Shown here in pieces: positions 12,142 to 26,266 of a stretch of 64,000 nucleotides of DNA. Where the stretch lies: the NCBI GenBank assembly GCA_015680685.1, contig MNCI01002119.1, positions 462,923 through 526,922 on the forward strand, read 5' to 3'. Both the position numbers and the translations under genes were made by a program. Below the pieces are notes generated by a model. It saw nothing but the letters and a program-made list of their open reading frames with translations, had not been told where the DNA came from and made no database searches. Origin of the DNA: Gnetum montanum. Taxonomy: Eukaryota; Plantae; Gnetophyta. Numbering within the stretch: position 1 is the stretch's first letter; each line of letters starts with the position of its first letter.

Positions 12142-14908
12142 ATGGCACCTAAAGGAGAACGTAAGCACCAAGGACTTACTAAGGTGGATGAAGTCAAGCA
12201 CACTTTGGGGTGCCTGATCCAGGTGTGTGTTAAAGTGCTTGAGGAGGCTCTGTCTGCTCGGTAAGTTGTTGCACCGCCTTTTTTTCAGACTTCTACAATA
12301 GTTATTATTTGAAATCCACGTCTTTTACCATCTTTTTAGTCACCATTTTGGCTGCTATGCTACTGCTGTTGCTGGTTGGCCATAGCGGCTATACGAATGT
12401 TACGCTGTAGCTTCATGTGGTATTGCCTCGGCCGCCATTGTTGTGACTACCTTGTTGTGGGGGTTTGGGTGAGTCTTGACAGCTTAGCGCATGGTTAGCG
12501 TAGCGCGCTACCCTCAAGAGGGTTTGGCCACCTACATGATTTGACAAATGAACCACGTGTTTATTTTGGTACAATGCAAATTATTTTGTATGGCCGAATT
12601 ATAGTTGGGACAGTTGTAGTATAATAAATTCTTACTTGCTTGCGCTTAGTGTTTTTATTGCGGTATGCTTTTATGTCATGAGGTCATTAGGTTGCTCACC
12701 TTGCTATGTTGTTGAATCTGCAATATCGCTACGTTGCTTAATTTTTCTTTTGTTGATTTTGCCATAATGCTACGCTTGTCCTAGTGATGTGTTAGTTATG
12801 TCGTTGTATGGCTATATGTTCGCTTGTTCTTGTATATGTCATCTAAGTGTTGTTGCACTATGTGAAGCTTGATGACCATGCTATGCTGAAAGGCTTTCTT
12901 TTTTGTTGTTTGTTTGCACTGTGTTTGTTGCCTTTTATATATATATATATATATTTTTATTTTGCAACTAATGTAATCACGATACACTACATCCAATGAA
13001 AATGTAATGCTATGCTACACATAATCAAAGGGTCATGCTACACTATGTGTAAACTTTGCTTGTTCATTGTGCTAACGTTTGGTTCTTCGTTATGCAAGGT
13101 CATGTTGAAATCCATTTTGATTATCTTGGAGATCATAGGAGTCCTGTGTTGCCTTAGTGAACCAGTGGTCAATGTCCCTCCTTCCCACACATGTGTGGAG
13201 CAGCAATCGATCTAGTTTTGAGAGGGCATGTGGGACTTCCTACAGTTACTCCTCCAACACTTTAGTGTGATCGTCTAGTCACACTTGTCTGTGGAGACAG
13301 CAGCCACGATCACAAAAACCCTATTGCCTAGAGAAAATCAAGGTATTCTAAAATTTTTTACTGATGGGTTAATTATGGGCGAGCAAGGAGAAGGTTCCAA
13401 CCAACATCCAAAAAGCCTGAAACACTTAAGCTAGATTTGGGACATGCCCAAGTATAAGTGTTATCACTTATACAATACATTATTTGTTGCTCGTCACATG
13501 GGCACCTACTTTCAGAACCCACCTAGAACTGTTTATTTTGCCGATGGGTGAGTTGTACGAAGGTATTTTGTCATGTAATCTATGCTATGCTAGACACATG
13601 TATTAATAGTGTATTCATGCATTTTTGTGTGTTACCAAGTTTTTTATTGACAAAAGTGGTCTCCATGGTGACACTGATGCCTTGGCGTTGGCACAGATGG
13701 CCCTACGGGAGTTTTCCTCCACTAGGAATGTGCACATCGGCATGATAGGCGAATTTGGGGGTGAATTCTAAACCTATCCAACCCAGTATTCCGAATTTTA
13801 TGGGAAGTGTAAAGAAGCTGGTTGGTTGGATAGGGAATGGGCATCCCTTAGACTGCTCACTGTCAAAGACGTGTTGGTGGATCTCCTACCATTTCCCATG
13901 CCATTCAAATCTGGTATGCTAGAGTGCGAGTTCACTATTACTTGTTCGGATGATGTTTAGTTTTTGTTAACCCTCTTTTTTTTTTATTTTGTTTTGTTTT
14001 TTTTTTGTTTTTTTTTCGAATCATTTTAGTAGCAAAGAAATCCCAGGAGGTGACTATGATTGCCTCTAGGTGAAACGAAACCAACCTCTTTTTTAAGTAC
14101 GATGAGGTGGAGAAGACCCAATGTTGGCTTTGCAATGGGGCCCCAACCATGTCGATCCATAACCTTCAGGAGGTTGGGCTTATGGACGTATTTTTGGCTG
14201 TTAACCCAAGCATCCCACCTTCCGAGATGCTTTCCCTAACTAAGTCCTTCTCTGAAAAGGTAGACCGCTTCTGCACATGTGTTCACAATGTTCGTGTAGT
14301 ATTTGATGTCAATAATCAATTTTTGTAGATCTTTTTAGTGTTCCTTCTGATGGTCTCCCCATGGGAGAAAAATCCAAAAAAGATGCACACAATCAAGAGG
14401 ACATTGAGGAGTGGCTAGGGGCTGCAAAGAACCAAAAGGGGAACTATATGGAGAAAGCTAGGCTATGGGTGGCCAAAATGGTTTACCCTATCTTCCGTGC
14501 CCGCGCCTTCCCCAAGCTACTATCCCAAAGAAAAATCATTTAGATTAAGCAAGCTCGAATAATGATGGATATCATGGAAGAAGGGACCCGTTACAACTAC
14601 GCCAAGCATCTTTGTATAGGCATGCAGGCTTAAATGATTAAGCTTTGCGGGAAGAGTGAGTCCCATTTCAACGTGCACCATGTCTTTTTCATAGCCTGCT
14701 TATGGTGTTTCATAGAATTATTGGTAGTCCGCAAGAATGGGGTCTAGGTACTACAAGATCGTAACCAAATTTTTAAACCATGGATTTGCCAAGTCTTTCG
14801 TACCACCTGATCTCAGGATCCTCTGGAAGCTATCGGGGAATCATTCTCGATGACGACAAGGGATCATGTGGCATGCAACTTTTAGGCCAAGGAAAGTGTG
14901 GAAGAGGC

Positions 14909-14948
<40 letters not shown>

Positions 14949-16875
14949 NGGGGAACGGCTCATTCAAAGATAGTGATGACCAAGCTGCATTGTAAGAGGT
15001 CCTGCCTTGCTGACGAGACCCCCCGTACTAACGAAGAGAGGGGGAAGAAGCTACAATTCAAGCTTCCCAGAGTGCAGCCCTCAATTGGTAAGTTAAGTTT
15101 TTTTTCACTACACTAAGTTATGCTAGGTAGCTTAGCTCAACGTAGCAACCACTTCGAATTAATGTTATTTTCTTACTACGATTACGTTTTATTAGTTGAG
15201 GAAGAAGGAGGAGAAGAGGTAACGACTCCTACGACAAGGGTGATTGGTGAAAATACAAATGCTCTAGCTATAGAGGAGGAGGCCTCGACTAGTGAAGAAA
15301 GAACCCTTGCTACAGAAGAAAGGGCCTCGACTAGTGAAGAGGAGGTCCCTACTGATGAAGAGGAGGCCCCTGCCAACAAAGAAAAGGGACTGGCGAATGA
15401 TGAAGAGGCCCTTGGCAAGTAGGGCGAGACCCTTGCTGATGATCCTTTTGCAGAGAGCAGCTCAATGCCAGAGGGGCACACGAGCATCAAGGATGTTGCT
15501 ACGCTATTAGGTCAGTTGGATGTAGAGGGGCTCCATTTGGATGCTGGTGAGTTTTACCACATATTTGACATTATGCCGATGGGTGAACCCCTTGCTATCA
15601 CCCCTAAGGGTTTGGTGGGTAGGAGCTTGACACTGTCATATACACTATTCATCAATCCTATTATGGTTCTCTCCACTTTTGCTAACATGTCTTACCATGC
15701 AGTTGACACCACTGTTGACACTTCTGGCCCATCCTCGATGCACTTGTGACCATGGATTGAGACCCCTGATAAATTTACTTTCATGGAAGGGGTGGTCGAT
15801 GACATGATTGACCGTGTGAGGTGGGTCGACCCAAAAGTAGGTAAGTTAAAGTTCTATGCTAGACTCTAAATTATTGTTGTATTTACCATGCTGCCGCGAC
15901 TAATGCCCCTCTCTTTTTTGTGCAGTTCGTAGCCTCTCATCTCAAGTGGGACCCCAAACAAGTGGTTAAGGTCGACACCATGCCTGAATCTCCATTGGAG
16001 GTGATCGAGGTACCTCATCGCGTATATGAAGAGGCAAGTCAATGTGCCTTATACTCGGCATGCTGCTTGTGGGAATGCAGGCACATGAACGAAGACCTCT
16101 AGAAATGGGTTCAAAGGCTTCAGAAGGAAAAGGCCAACCTAACCGCTGAGGTAGGAGATCTCCATTCTAGGAATGAGTTCCTATTGGTCCAAGACACCAA
16201 AGATGGCAATTGCCACATGGCCATCATTGACTACGCGAGGTATTAGATGACTGTGTAGCACAACAATGAGGCCACCCATGAAATAATAGAGCAATGCATG
16301 CAAATGGACTTGTTATCCCATCAGAACAAAGATTGGAAGGATTATAGTGCCAAGGTTTATGAGTGGGGGCAGGCACAGAAAAACCACAAGCATATGTATA
16401 AGCTAGAGCATGACACCTACCATAACCAATATAGGAATGCCTTAGTCAAGTTACATACTTATAAGGTACTCTTCAACATCATTGGTGCTTTTTTGGGCTT
16501 ATGAAAAGTTCATGCAACAGGTGACCTTCCTCATGGGTGAAACCGCCACTGCTGCCTTTTCTCCAGGACCTCCAAGCTGGACATTCATAGAGAAGGAGAA
16601 GGTTGCTGCAAGCGCTGATCTAGGTGATAGGAATTGGGCTGATATCATGGAAGAGGAGATCTTGGGTCGCCTGGTGGTAGGCCAAGATCGAATACCCCCT
16701 GAAATAGACACGAGGCCATCTTGGGTGAATTACCTTTCAATCTAGCAATAATTTATTTTGTTTGAGTCTTTATTGTAGCTTTAGCTAACTAGCTCATTTT
16801 TTCCATGATGAAGGATCTAAGTGAAAACATGGGGCCTAATGAAGTAGGGAATGATGGAAGGAATAAGGGGTCATA
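12142..16875 (+). pseudogene. Antisense multi-exon accessory gene of B (NIF/FCP1-like domain + plant transposon domain + acidic + coiled coil), degenerate
   Basis: Exon 1 12142-12260 ends at a phase-2 GTAAGT donor. Exon 2 (~13099-13547) reads LKSILIILEIIGVL...YNTLFVARHMGTYFQNPP. Later exons are homologous to C and D (YPIFRARAFPKLLSQ; LKWDP; ADLG...WADI..EEIL.RL). Confidence 0.8.
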
Positions 16876-17054
16876 GCGTAGCAGTTGACCCTTTTGTTTG
16901 AATTAAAAATATGTTACAAACATTATTAATTTATGAAAGAAAAAATGAAATACAAAAAAAATTGATTTTGCTTATGTGTTATGTGTTACATCTATTTTCA
17001 TTTTGTTTTGCTTTATTTTTATTTATGAATTAAATTGGTTAGGAGCATCTTGTT

Positions 17055-17213
17055 TTAGTTTTAGGCCATTTCAGGCCGTAATGATAGTTTAAGGCCATTC
17101 TGGGCCATTGCTAGTTTTAGGCCATTTTGGGCCATTAATAGTTTTAAGCCGTTTTAGGCTATTGGATGATAGTAAGACAAAATTTTGTCAATTTTAGGCC
17201 TTAGCAGGCCATA
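17055..17213. repeat. Hairpin-motif array after the protease of B (TAGTTT(T/A)AGGCC-N6-GGCC), ~5 copies
   Basis: Direct reading. Confidence 0.8.
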
Positions 17214-17394
17214 GTGTAAAGTAAACAATGTATGTTATGCGAACAGTTTAAAGAATGAGTTAGGCACTTAGCATAGACAATTGAATGTGAAGCGAAGATG
17301 AAACAAATGCATAATAAGCGTTAATTAGGTAACGAGCAGTGGAGTGGTTACGCTACATGAGTAATGATCATTCTCGCAACTGCCTTTTGATCCA

Positions 17395-20300
17395 TCATGG
17401 GCTTGGTGACCCGTAAGGCTGAGGAGCTTTATTATGATATTTTATTGCGTTGTCTACCACTTGAAAAGGCAACATAGTTTCATTTTCTAGGCTAGAGTCT
17501 TGTGCTATCTCTTTTGCCAAACAAGTCATTTCGGTGGAGATTGGTACTTTGTTCTCGGAGGTTATGACCTCTAAACCTTGCTCCATATCAACGTTGTTTA
17601 TCACCTGAGTTGCCACTTCGTCACCATGGATCACCACCTCCCCGCCTGCATAAGGTAGGTTGATTTCTTGATGTATGGGTGAAGAGACAGCCCTGAGTTG
17701 GGCTAACCACGACCTCCCTAAGATCAAGTTAAACCTAGGCATCTCTTCTACCATGATGAACATTGCACTCATGGGGAACTGGTTCCTAGCCACGAAATCA
17801 ATGTGGACAGTGTCATTCACCACTACCCACACTCCATTGAATGACTTCAGGCATGACATTGTTGTGGATTTGATTTGGTCCACCAAACCTAGTTTGTCCA
17901 CTATATGGAACAGGATGACGTTTGTAGTAGCCTCATCATCAATGTGTACTCTTCGGATCTTGTGTTGACCAATCCAAATTGTATGAATAGGGGTGCTGTC
18001 ATCGCTTAACCCTTTTCAAGGTCATCCTTAATGGACTCATCATGGAATGTCAACTGAGATGGCGATGGTTCTTCAGGCGTATCAAGGAGCATAACCACAT
18101 GGATTTCCTTCTCCTCTGCTGGCATGTTTTCGTTAATTGATATGGACATTAACATATGAACCAAAGCCTTGTGGTGTGTGGTTGAAGTCATTACTAGATC
18201 GTACAGGCTCAAAGATGTGTTCTTTTGTTTTAGAGCCTATTTGACCTAAGTAAGAGCATTTAGGATGTCTTGCCCACCTTCCTATTGTTTACTTCACTTC
18301 TCTTCTTCCATTCATCCTAGAAGATGAATTTCCCAAGGAGGAGAAATTTCAAGTTTGGGGCTAGACCTTTTCGGGCAGGGTAGCGATGATTGTGTACACA
18401 TAGTGATGTTAAATTTTGGTGATGAGATAGGCATAGATGCAAGGGATGAAGGGGTAGGCTTGGAAGGACCTTTTCTTGAATGTCATCTTTTAAGGCTAGA
18501 CAGTAATCCATATTATGACCACAAAGTTGGTGGTAGTCACAAAATTGCTCCAGCCTAAAATTCTTAGGAACTGGAGGCTTGTTGGGCATAGCCAAGGATG
18601 GGTTCCTAAGGAGCTTATAATACCACTAATGCCTTTTGGTTGCCTCCTCTGATATTCACTTATGTTGGATTTACCCAGCCCCCAACAATTTCTTCAGAAG
18701 TTCTGAAGGCTTGATAGGCAAAGGCATGTATTTGGAGCGATATTTATGCTCAAAGTTTGGTTTAGCTAGGGTTGATGCCTTTGGTGTCGATGTGGAGTGT
18801 TGGGTAGTGTTACTTGGGTTAGGTGTAGGTTTAGTTGACGTTATTGTTGCTTTCTTATTTTTTGCTGTTGGGCTTGCCCTCGTTTGCCATGGAAACCACC
18901 GTGGCCATTGCGGATTTGCCCTTCTCTTTGTCCTTTTTAGTGTGTGAACTTTTATACATAACATAGGTCAAGTCTTTACTAGCCTTGGCCATGTCTTGGA
19001 TGCTTTTTTTCTGGGAAAAAGCTTGACTGAGGGAGCATGGGGCTAGGTAATACAGCTTGGATTTGATAAAATCATTCAGCATCCCCTTGAAGATGGCCAG
19101 TAAATGGGCCTCCACAATAGGCTCATGGATCTCGTTCAAGGTAGCGCTCCATCGCTGTATAAACCATTGCACTGACTCCAGTGGGTCTTTCTTAACACCC
19201 ATCAACTGATCCAACATGACTTCAGGCTTCAAGTTATACTTGAAGTGAGTCACGAACTAGGTCAAGAGCTCCTCTAGTGTCGAGATGGAGGAGCGCAGAA
19301 GCACACGGTACCAATCTAAGGCTTTTCCTATCAGAGACATTACAAAGATGTGGATAATGGTGTATGGCCATTATTGCAGCAACAAAGACTCAGATCTAAA
19401 TGTAACTAAATGCACATTAAGGTTGCCCTCCATGTTGTATTTTGTGAAGTGGGGGAGTGGCATCCCAAGAGGTAATGCAAGCATAGGAACCACCAGGCTG
19501 ATGGGGTCATCATGGTAGAAGTCCATGACCTGTACCATGTTAGAACCGATGACTTTGAGGCATTTAACTACTTCAGTAAGGATCTGGATAAGTTGAAATG
19601 CTTGATTCAAACTCGAATACGACATAGACGATTACGGGGTTGCAGGGGCAACCATCGTTGGTAGCATAGAAGGGCAGCAGCCTAGCTCACTGGGGATGTC
19701 ATTGGGGCTACCCTTGCAAAGGGGGTCATTTATGAGATCCACCACCCTATGGGTGGTGCTGCTAGAGAGGTAGTTATTGGTGGTGCTGCAGGGTTAGCCA
19801 TCTGTGCGACTGATGGAATAAGCCATAGTCTCACACTTGGTTGTGACACCTGTGGGACTTGGTACGCCTGGTGGTAAGGGTACTATGACATCTGGTGGGC
19901 TGCGAAGTAGGAAGTAAAGTGGCTGGGATCCACCATGTGGTTGGGAATGGTCCTACTGCTAATGGTGGAATAGATGCAAACGATGAAATAGGAGCCGAGG
20001 CCCCAAGTAGTTGTGAAGTAGGCGCAGTGTGTACATAGGGTAGCATAGATGTGACCGATGTTTGATACGATGATGGGATAGAATGAGGAGGGAGAGTGCT
20101 TGGGCAAAAAACTAAGGGAGGTGTATACTAATACGCTGAGGATGTAGGATGGCTGCCCATGGCTAATGAAAATGTGGATTGAGGTAGATTCATGGAAATC
20201 ACAAAGGGAGCTGTCGCAAAAAGTAGGTTTGACTTGAAGGTCATGGTGGGAGGGATGGTTGCAAGGTAAGTCTGGCCACCACCCTCAGATTGGGAGTCCA

Positions 20301-20709
20301 TATCTTCCTATCTGTCCTGAAATGCTTCGTCATAATGAGAGTCTATGTCCTGCTCCCTAGTCTTATTGACTTGTAGCAACTGATTAAAGATCCACTTATA
20401 CATCTGTGTCAAGGGGATGGCAATGTCGAGGTTAGGGATAAACTCCCTCCAATTCTAATAAAGGAACTTGAAACTGCACTTGTGCTTAAGTTCTTGGCAA
20501 TCTAGGGGCATATCTACCTAGATCTTTGTGCAGATAAAGTCATAATGCTCTACATATTGTGCTAGGAACTCGAGTGACAAATGTCGAATCCTAAGAGACT
20601 GGCGTGGAGCCAGCACTGAGCTAGGTTGCCACTCAACACCCATGATGCTTTAGGCCGATAAAGGAGCCTCAAGGCTTCAGGTAGAAATAGCGGTACTTGT
20701 TGGAATCAT
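17395..20709 (-). pseudogene. gag: gag-protease of element B, degenerate
   Basis: ORFs 18855-19253 (gag core), 18317-18595 (FCDYHQLCGHNMDYC) and 17395-17901 (protease C-half, FNLILGRSWL). Confidence 0.85.
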
Positions 20710-20932
20710 CTTTGCGTGATAAAAAATAGGAGATTACAAGGTAGAACTAGGGAAATTGATGGGAAATGGGAGGCTTTTGATCCTTCCAGGTTCCAAAGAA
20801 ACTGTCGTTGCGACTAATCTGCACCACACAATGCATAAACAACCACAAAAGGGTGTCAAGTTTATGCTAGTGCATGACAGGGTATAGAGTGCGTGCAGGA
20901 CTACCCATAGGACATAGAAAAGGCATCAAAGG

Positions 20933-20949
20933 CCCTCCTTCTAGCACCA
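20933..20949 (-). other. Primer-binding site of B (tRNA-Asn-like)
   Basis: Minus strand TGGTGCTAGAAGGAGGG. Confidence 0.8.
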
Positions 20950-20954
20950 AAAAC

Positions 20955-22825
20955 TATAGCAACTGAAAACGTTGGTGACTAGAAGACCGAGAGGTTGTCA
21001 GGTGAATAGTTTAACCCCAGATCCGTGTGAGGGTTGTGCTGTAGAAGACGAAAGCAAGGTGCCCTGAACGATTTGGTCGATCAGATAGGGACTTAATCAA
21101 TGTATCTTAACCTTACATAAACGTTCATTTTGAAAGCGAAATGTGTGAGATAAATTGAAAATTAATAAATGCAAAATGATGAAGATAATGCAAAACAACA
21201 GTTTTAATGAGAAGATAGCAAAATGAACTTGAGTGAGAAAATGCACCACCCCAAAGTCATAGATTTGATTCTTTGCCTTATTCGAAAAGGATGTACAACA
21301 ACTTATGCGATGCCGGAGAGACACTGCTTACACCAAGTGGTATAGTCATAGTTCTTCTACTCGCTGATCAATTTTCTAGGATGTCAAAATGCTTGACTCA
21401 TAAAGGGATGCTTGGAGCCAACCAGAGAGCTGAAAGATAACTAGAATGCTCAAGAAAAATGCCAAGTACACTTTCTAATAGCTAGCTCAAAAGCCAACCA
21501 GCCAACGTGAATAGCCAACAAGCCAATTGCTCTTGTTAATGCCAAAACAGTTAACGCAAATGCCAACCCTTTGAGCATTGTCTACTGGGGTATTTATAGG
21601 GGCCAAGAGTAGGAGAGAAATATTGTCTAGGTGCCACGTGTCCTAGACCCCACAAGATGCTAACATGTCCATACTGTGTAGGTATGCAATACTAGATGTG
21701 AACTTTGCTATGCTATGACTATACCATTGGGACTGCACGCGTTGAGATCCAGTGTGCTAATGGTGCAAGTAAAATGGAGGTCATGCTCTGGGACTACGTC
21801 TTCCCTACCTTCACAAGTAGGGTTAAGCATAGGAACAATGTTTTGGGAGCTAACCAGGGGGCATGCAAAACAAAGTGGAACTGTTGATTCTACCAAGGAG
21901 ATGCCAGAGTGAGGAAGATTGTTGTCACCAAGTTCTAAAGCTTCCTAAAGATGTCTTGCTGCTTGTGTACTAGTGTTTCACTACTCACATTGTTGAACAC
22001 ATTGGCATAGCGTAAGTGGCTGCTTGCTATGTTGTGCTACGCTATGTAGCGTAGCATAGCGTAGCCACTAGTATTGACTGAAATTTGTGTTGAAGCCATA
22101 AAGCATTTTTTTGCAACTTTAATTCTTTATGCCGGAGATATTTTGAATTAATGGAACTCATGTCTGAAACATTTCCTACTTTTGCATTGTTGCTACGCTA
22201 TGTAGCATAGCACAGCATAGTGACTAGTGTATCCTACTTCCTCGTTTAATTCGCCAATTTCTAGCAAGAAACTTTGCTCAAGACTTGTGAATCAAGTGGG
22301 GCAAGAAGTTTTGGAGGCTGAAGTCTTGTCAAGCTATCATTTTCCTATTGGAATCACTTAGCAAGATGGACTTTTCTGCTTTTCTTTTGCTACGTTGTGC
22401 TACACTACATAGCATAGCATAGCGTAGCACCTTGCATTAACTAAATCCTACCTTGTCTTCCCAATTACTTTGTTACTTTGCACTTAGACACTTGAGAAAC
22501 TATTTTTTCAAGGCTTGATATGCTGCATAGCATAGTGTAGCATAGCATACTTCTTCACTGGAAAACTTGCCAAACTATTTTGCTCATCCCAAACACTTTC
22601 GACAACTCCTAGCCTGGTTTATGCATACATTGTCAGCTAGGTCGATTGTCCAGTTGGGCAGGCTAGAGAGTCTGACGAGCCTGTCAACCTTGGACGTAGA
22701 AAACTTGTTGGACTAGATAGTGTACCCTTAGCATGAACCATCATGATGCTACACTTGTGGAAATCCTTACCTAAATTTCAAGACTCTACTGAAGCATGAA
22801 AGTCTTGAAATTTTATGGTGTTTCA
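20955..22825 (-). repeat. 5' LTR of element B (~1.87 kb)
   Basis: Ends ggtgtttca at 22825 (TGAAACACC on minus); PBS-proximal end similar to LTR A; TATA CCTATAAATA near 21591-21600. Confidence 0.8.
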
Positions 22826-23539
22826 AGATGCAATTTGGCCATCAAGTAGATGAGCTTTATTTTCATGCAACTACCTCGCATCTATAGGATAGGTGTTTCC
22901 TCCTAGGGTGAGTTCTGTTACATCCATTTGGGTTTTGACTAGCCAACAAAAGCTTTCCATGTGATGAGTTACATTACATCCACCAAGGGTTCTACAATTG
23001 ATGTGAAGAGAATGTCATGTGCATTTATAGTGTGTATGCATCAAAGGGTTTGCATGCAAGGGAATGTAGAAAATGCAATAGCGTATGGAAATGTGGGAGT
23101 GAGTGCATAAGCTAAAACAAGATGGAGAGGGATGTGCACTCTTGACTAGCTTTGCTAGCCCAATGATGCACATCAGAGTGATGTGGTGATTTGTCGCTGC
23201 AATGAGATGCATCTTTGCACAACCACATTTTGAGCTTCATCTTGCAAATACAACTCTGAGAAGATAAGAAAATCATACAACATGAAATGAAAATGCAAAT
23301 TCCAGATGTGAAGATACTGCAACTGATAGATGTGAAGATGCTATAAATGCATCAAATGCTATGCCAATTACAAGTGCTCAAGAAGCTAATGAAAGTGCTA
23401 GGGCAATGATGTTGTGAGTCCTATGAAGGTCGCACTATTGGCAAGTGCTCCAAAATATTAGCAGAATGCTGGGAGGCAATGATGCTACGTGTTCCCCAAT
23501 GGTTTCACTGATGGTAAGTGCTCCAACAAATTAGCAACA

Positions 23540-23765
23540 TGACAGTTTAAATTCCTAGTAGACTATGAACCCAATTTAAGGTCATGGCAAATCATGATGT
23601 GCTAGTTTATAATCTTAGTATACTTCTAGGTGCCAGTTTAACATCGTAGTGAATTATGGATATTGTGTTAGTTTAACGTCATGACCTAAGGACAATCTGT
23701 GCCAATTTATAGTCATAGCACACTACTACACTAGTTTATAGTCATAGCAAATTGTTTATGCCAGT
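23540..23765. repeat. Hairpin-motif array of post-integrase type in F (~8 copies)
   Basis: cagtttaacatcgtagtg and tagtttatagtcatagc resemble the D array at 38900-39230. Confidence 0.65.
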
Positions 23766-23985
23766 TTTTTGTGTTTTGGAGGATAAGTGCTTACCTTGCT
23801 TGTATGAGGTGTGATGTTGCATGCATAGTCATGCTATGGGCTTGCAAGATCCTGCAAAAATCAAATAACATCAAGTGGCACCTATCGTAACATGAATGAA
23901 AGAAAAGCAATGCAAAAAGCAATAATTTTGTTCTAGGCTATGGGCTAGTTTAAGGCCTTCTTAAACCATGTGTTTTTGTAGTTTT

Positions 23986-23987
<2 letters not shown>

Positions 23988-24016
<29 letters not shown>
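23988..24016. repeat. (TA)n microsatellite
   Basis: Direct reading. Confidence 0.9.
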
Positions 24017-24019
<3 letters not shown>

Positions 24020-26266
24020 TTTGATGTTTTTCAAATGCAATGTGTAAGCCAAGTGGATGGATGTGTAAACAAAGTAGAAATGTGTAAACAAAGTGAAGTA
24101 GTGTGTAAACTAGGCAAACAAGTGAAATGTAAATGCATGAATAAATGCAATGCAAGAAAAAACCAGAAATGCATGGCCCATGGAGGCAAGGGGTAAGCTG
24201 GCACTTACTGTGTTTTTGGCCAAGGAAAAGTCTTGATCATGTAGTTGCTTCCTAACTGAGCATGGATTAGGGGATGTGCAAGGCTTAGGATCCTCTAGAA
24301 GGTAGTTGGCCTCAACCACTCATTTGGATGTGTTCGCCTTAAGTGTTGAATTGGTTGCCATAGATGCATCACCAAAAAACTCCACCTTCGACACTTGCAC
24401 CATCTCTATGTTGTGGATAGCTAGAGAGGAGGTGTTATCATTGTGGATGATAACTTGACCACCTTTGTATGGATGGTGGACTTCTTGGTGGATGGGAGAG
24501 AAGACGGTCCATAGTTGAGCTAGCCAAGGCCTACCAAAGATCAGGTTAAAGCCTGGCATCTGTTGATGGTGCACTTCCCAACATGTATGCTAATGGATAG
24601 TGAAGATATAGTGACCTCCCCTTGTTCAAGGTTGACCTTGACTACATCATCACAAAATGCTAGGGATATTGAACTTGATTCTAGTGGTATAGGGGGCAAC
24701 ATCATTACACAGATTGTGTTCTCACTTGCAAGGATGTCCTTTGTAACAGGAATGAAGGCCAACATCTAGGCTAATTCTTGGTGGTGAGAAAATGAGGTTA
24801 GGACAATGTCATACAAGATCAACATTATGTTCTATTACTTGAGCATTTTTTTCACCTAGGTTAGTGCAACTATGAAGTCCTTGTCATTGGTCACTGTGTT
24901 GGCTTTGATTTCCTCCATGCAGCTTAAGATATGGATCTCTCATGGAGGGGACTTGGGCTTGGGTTACTTAGCCTACTTGGGGGCAAAGACCCTAATGTTC
25001 AATTGTTGCTTACTAGTTATAGCCTTTGCTTTGGCCATTGGGCTTGTGAGGTGCTCATTTGTCCTCTTACATTGCCATTTGGTAAGCCTACCCAGGTTAC
25101 TAACAAGGTTGGACCTTGAAGAAGGGACCAAGATGTTCCCCACTATTGGGCTTTAGGTAGGTGAGGAGCCATCACGTTATGGCACCCTCATGAAAAACGA
25201 TGGTTTAGGAGTTATTTCAAGGCCACCTTGTTGTGGCACCTTGATGATGAAAGGTTGCTTAGCAGTTGTTATTACTGCATCATGCCAATTTACTGTCTTA
25301 GCAAATGATTAGTTTGGTTGTCAATTTAACATCTTAGTGGATGATTTTTGTGGGACCTTGACCATAAAGGATGTTGTGGGTGCTTAAGGTGGCACCCTGA
25401 TAACAAAGGAAGACCTCTTTCTTGTGGAGGCTGAGGGGATCCTTGCCTTATTAGGAGGCACACGGATCACAAAAGGTTGTTATATAGGTTTAGACTTGTC
25501 ACCTATGCTAATGAAGTTTATGACATAGGGGGTGTTGTCTGGATTGGATTGGCTCACTGTGTCAAGCACCAATTGGCCCCATTCTATTATTCTTTGTAGG
25601 TTGTCCTACAAAGCATAATAGTTATCTATACTATGAATAAACAGTTGGTGATAATGATAGTATTGGTCTAGTTGGAAATGTTATGGGAATGGGGGCTCAT
25701 TCAGTACTATTGAGGTAAGGTTCCTTAGTAGTTTACAGTACTTGTCATGTCGTTGGTGGATAATTTCTAATACTCATTTATGTTGGATTTTCCTGACTTT
25801 CAAGAGTTTCTCCAATAGTTTAGAGGGTTCCATTGGTAGTGGTGTATACTTTGAATGATCCTTACACTCAAAGTTGGGCCTTGGGATGGCCCCTGCCAAT
25901 GTAGGTGAGTTGGTGCCAGATTTGGTAGCTTTGTCAGCTAGGGCCTTAGGCTGCTTGGCCATCAAACCTCGGTTGGTTGCTTTTGTACTTGTGTCCACTA
26001 TTTCCACTATTTCATTTTGCTTACATTCATGTTGATTTTTGTAGGCCACATAGGCTAGGTCATTGGTAGCTTGCGCTGCCTCCTCTATGCCCTTTTTTTA
26101 GACAAAGGCTTGGCTAAGAGACTTTGAGGCTAGGTAATATAGTTTGAACTTGATGAAGTCATTCAATGCACCCTTGAAGATGACTAGTAGATGCATCTCT
26201 GCTAGGGGTTCATACATTTTGCTTAATGCATCATTCTAGCATTGGAGGAATTTTGGCATAGGCTCT

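Larger units (their letters stand above)
9667..22825 (-). mobile_element. Element B: Tat/Ogre-like LTR retrotransposon (5' LTR, gag-pro, antisense gene, RT-RH-aRH), interrupted by A and inserted in F
   Basis: LTR 20955-22825, PBS 20933-20949 and the same domain order as element C. Confidence 0.88.
22826..26266 (-). mobile_element. Element F: older, truncated relative (gag C-half, protease with internal deletion, 3'UTR-type hairpin array); no pol or antisense gene visible
   Basis: gag (FIKFKLYYLA near 26130-26160), protease remnant 24320-24765 (MPGFNLIFGRPWLAQL) and array at 23540-23765; cut at 26266 by the satellite. Confidence 0.75.

Noticed and set aside
14910-14949. Poly-C run (~39 nt) giving poly-proline ORFs
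   Set aside because: It ends in an N, and the homologous site in A has only ~8 C; probably an assembly or homopolymer artefact.
20955-22825. LTR B as a shared LTR of a tandem F-B dimer
   Set aside because: No PPT abuts it at 22826 onward, so it is better explained as B inserted into F.
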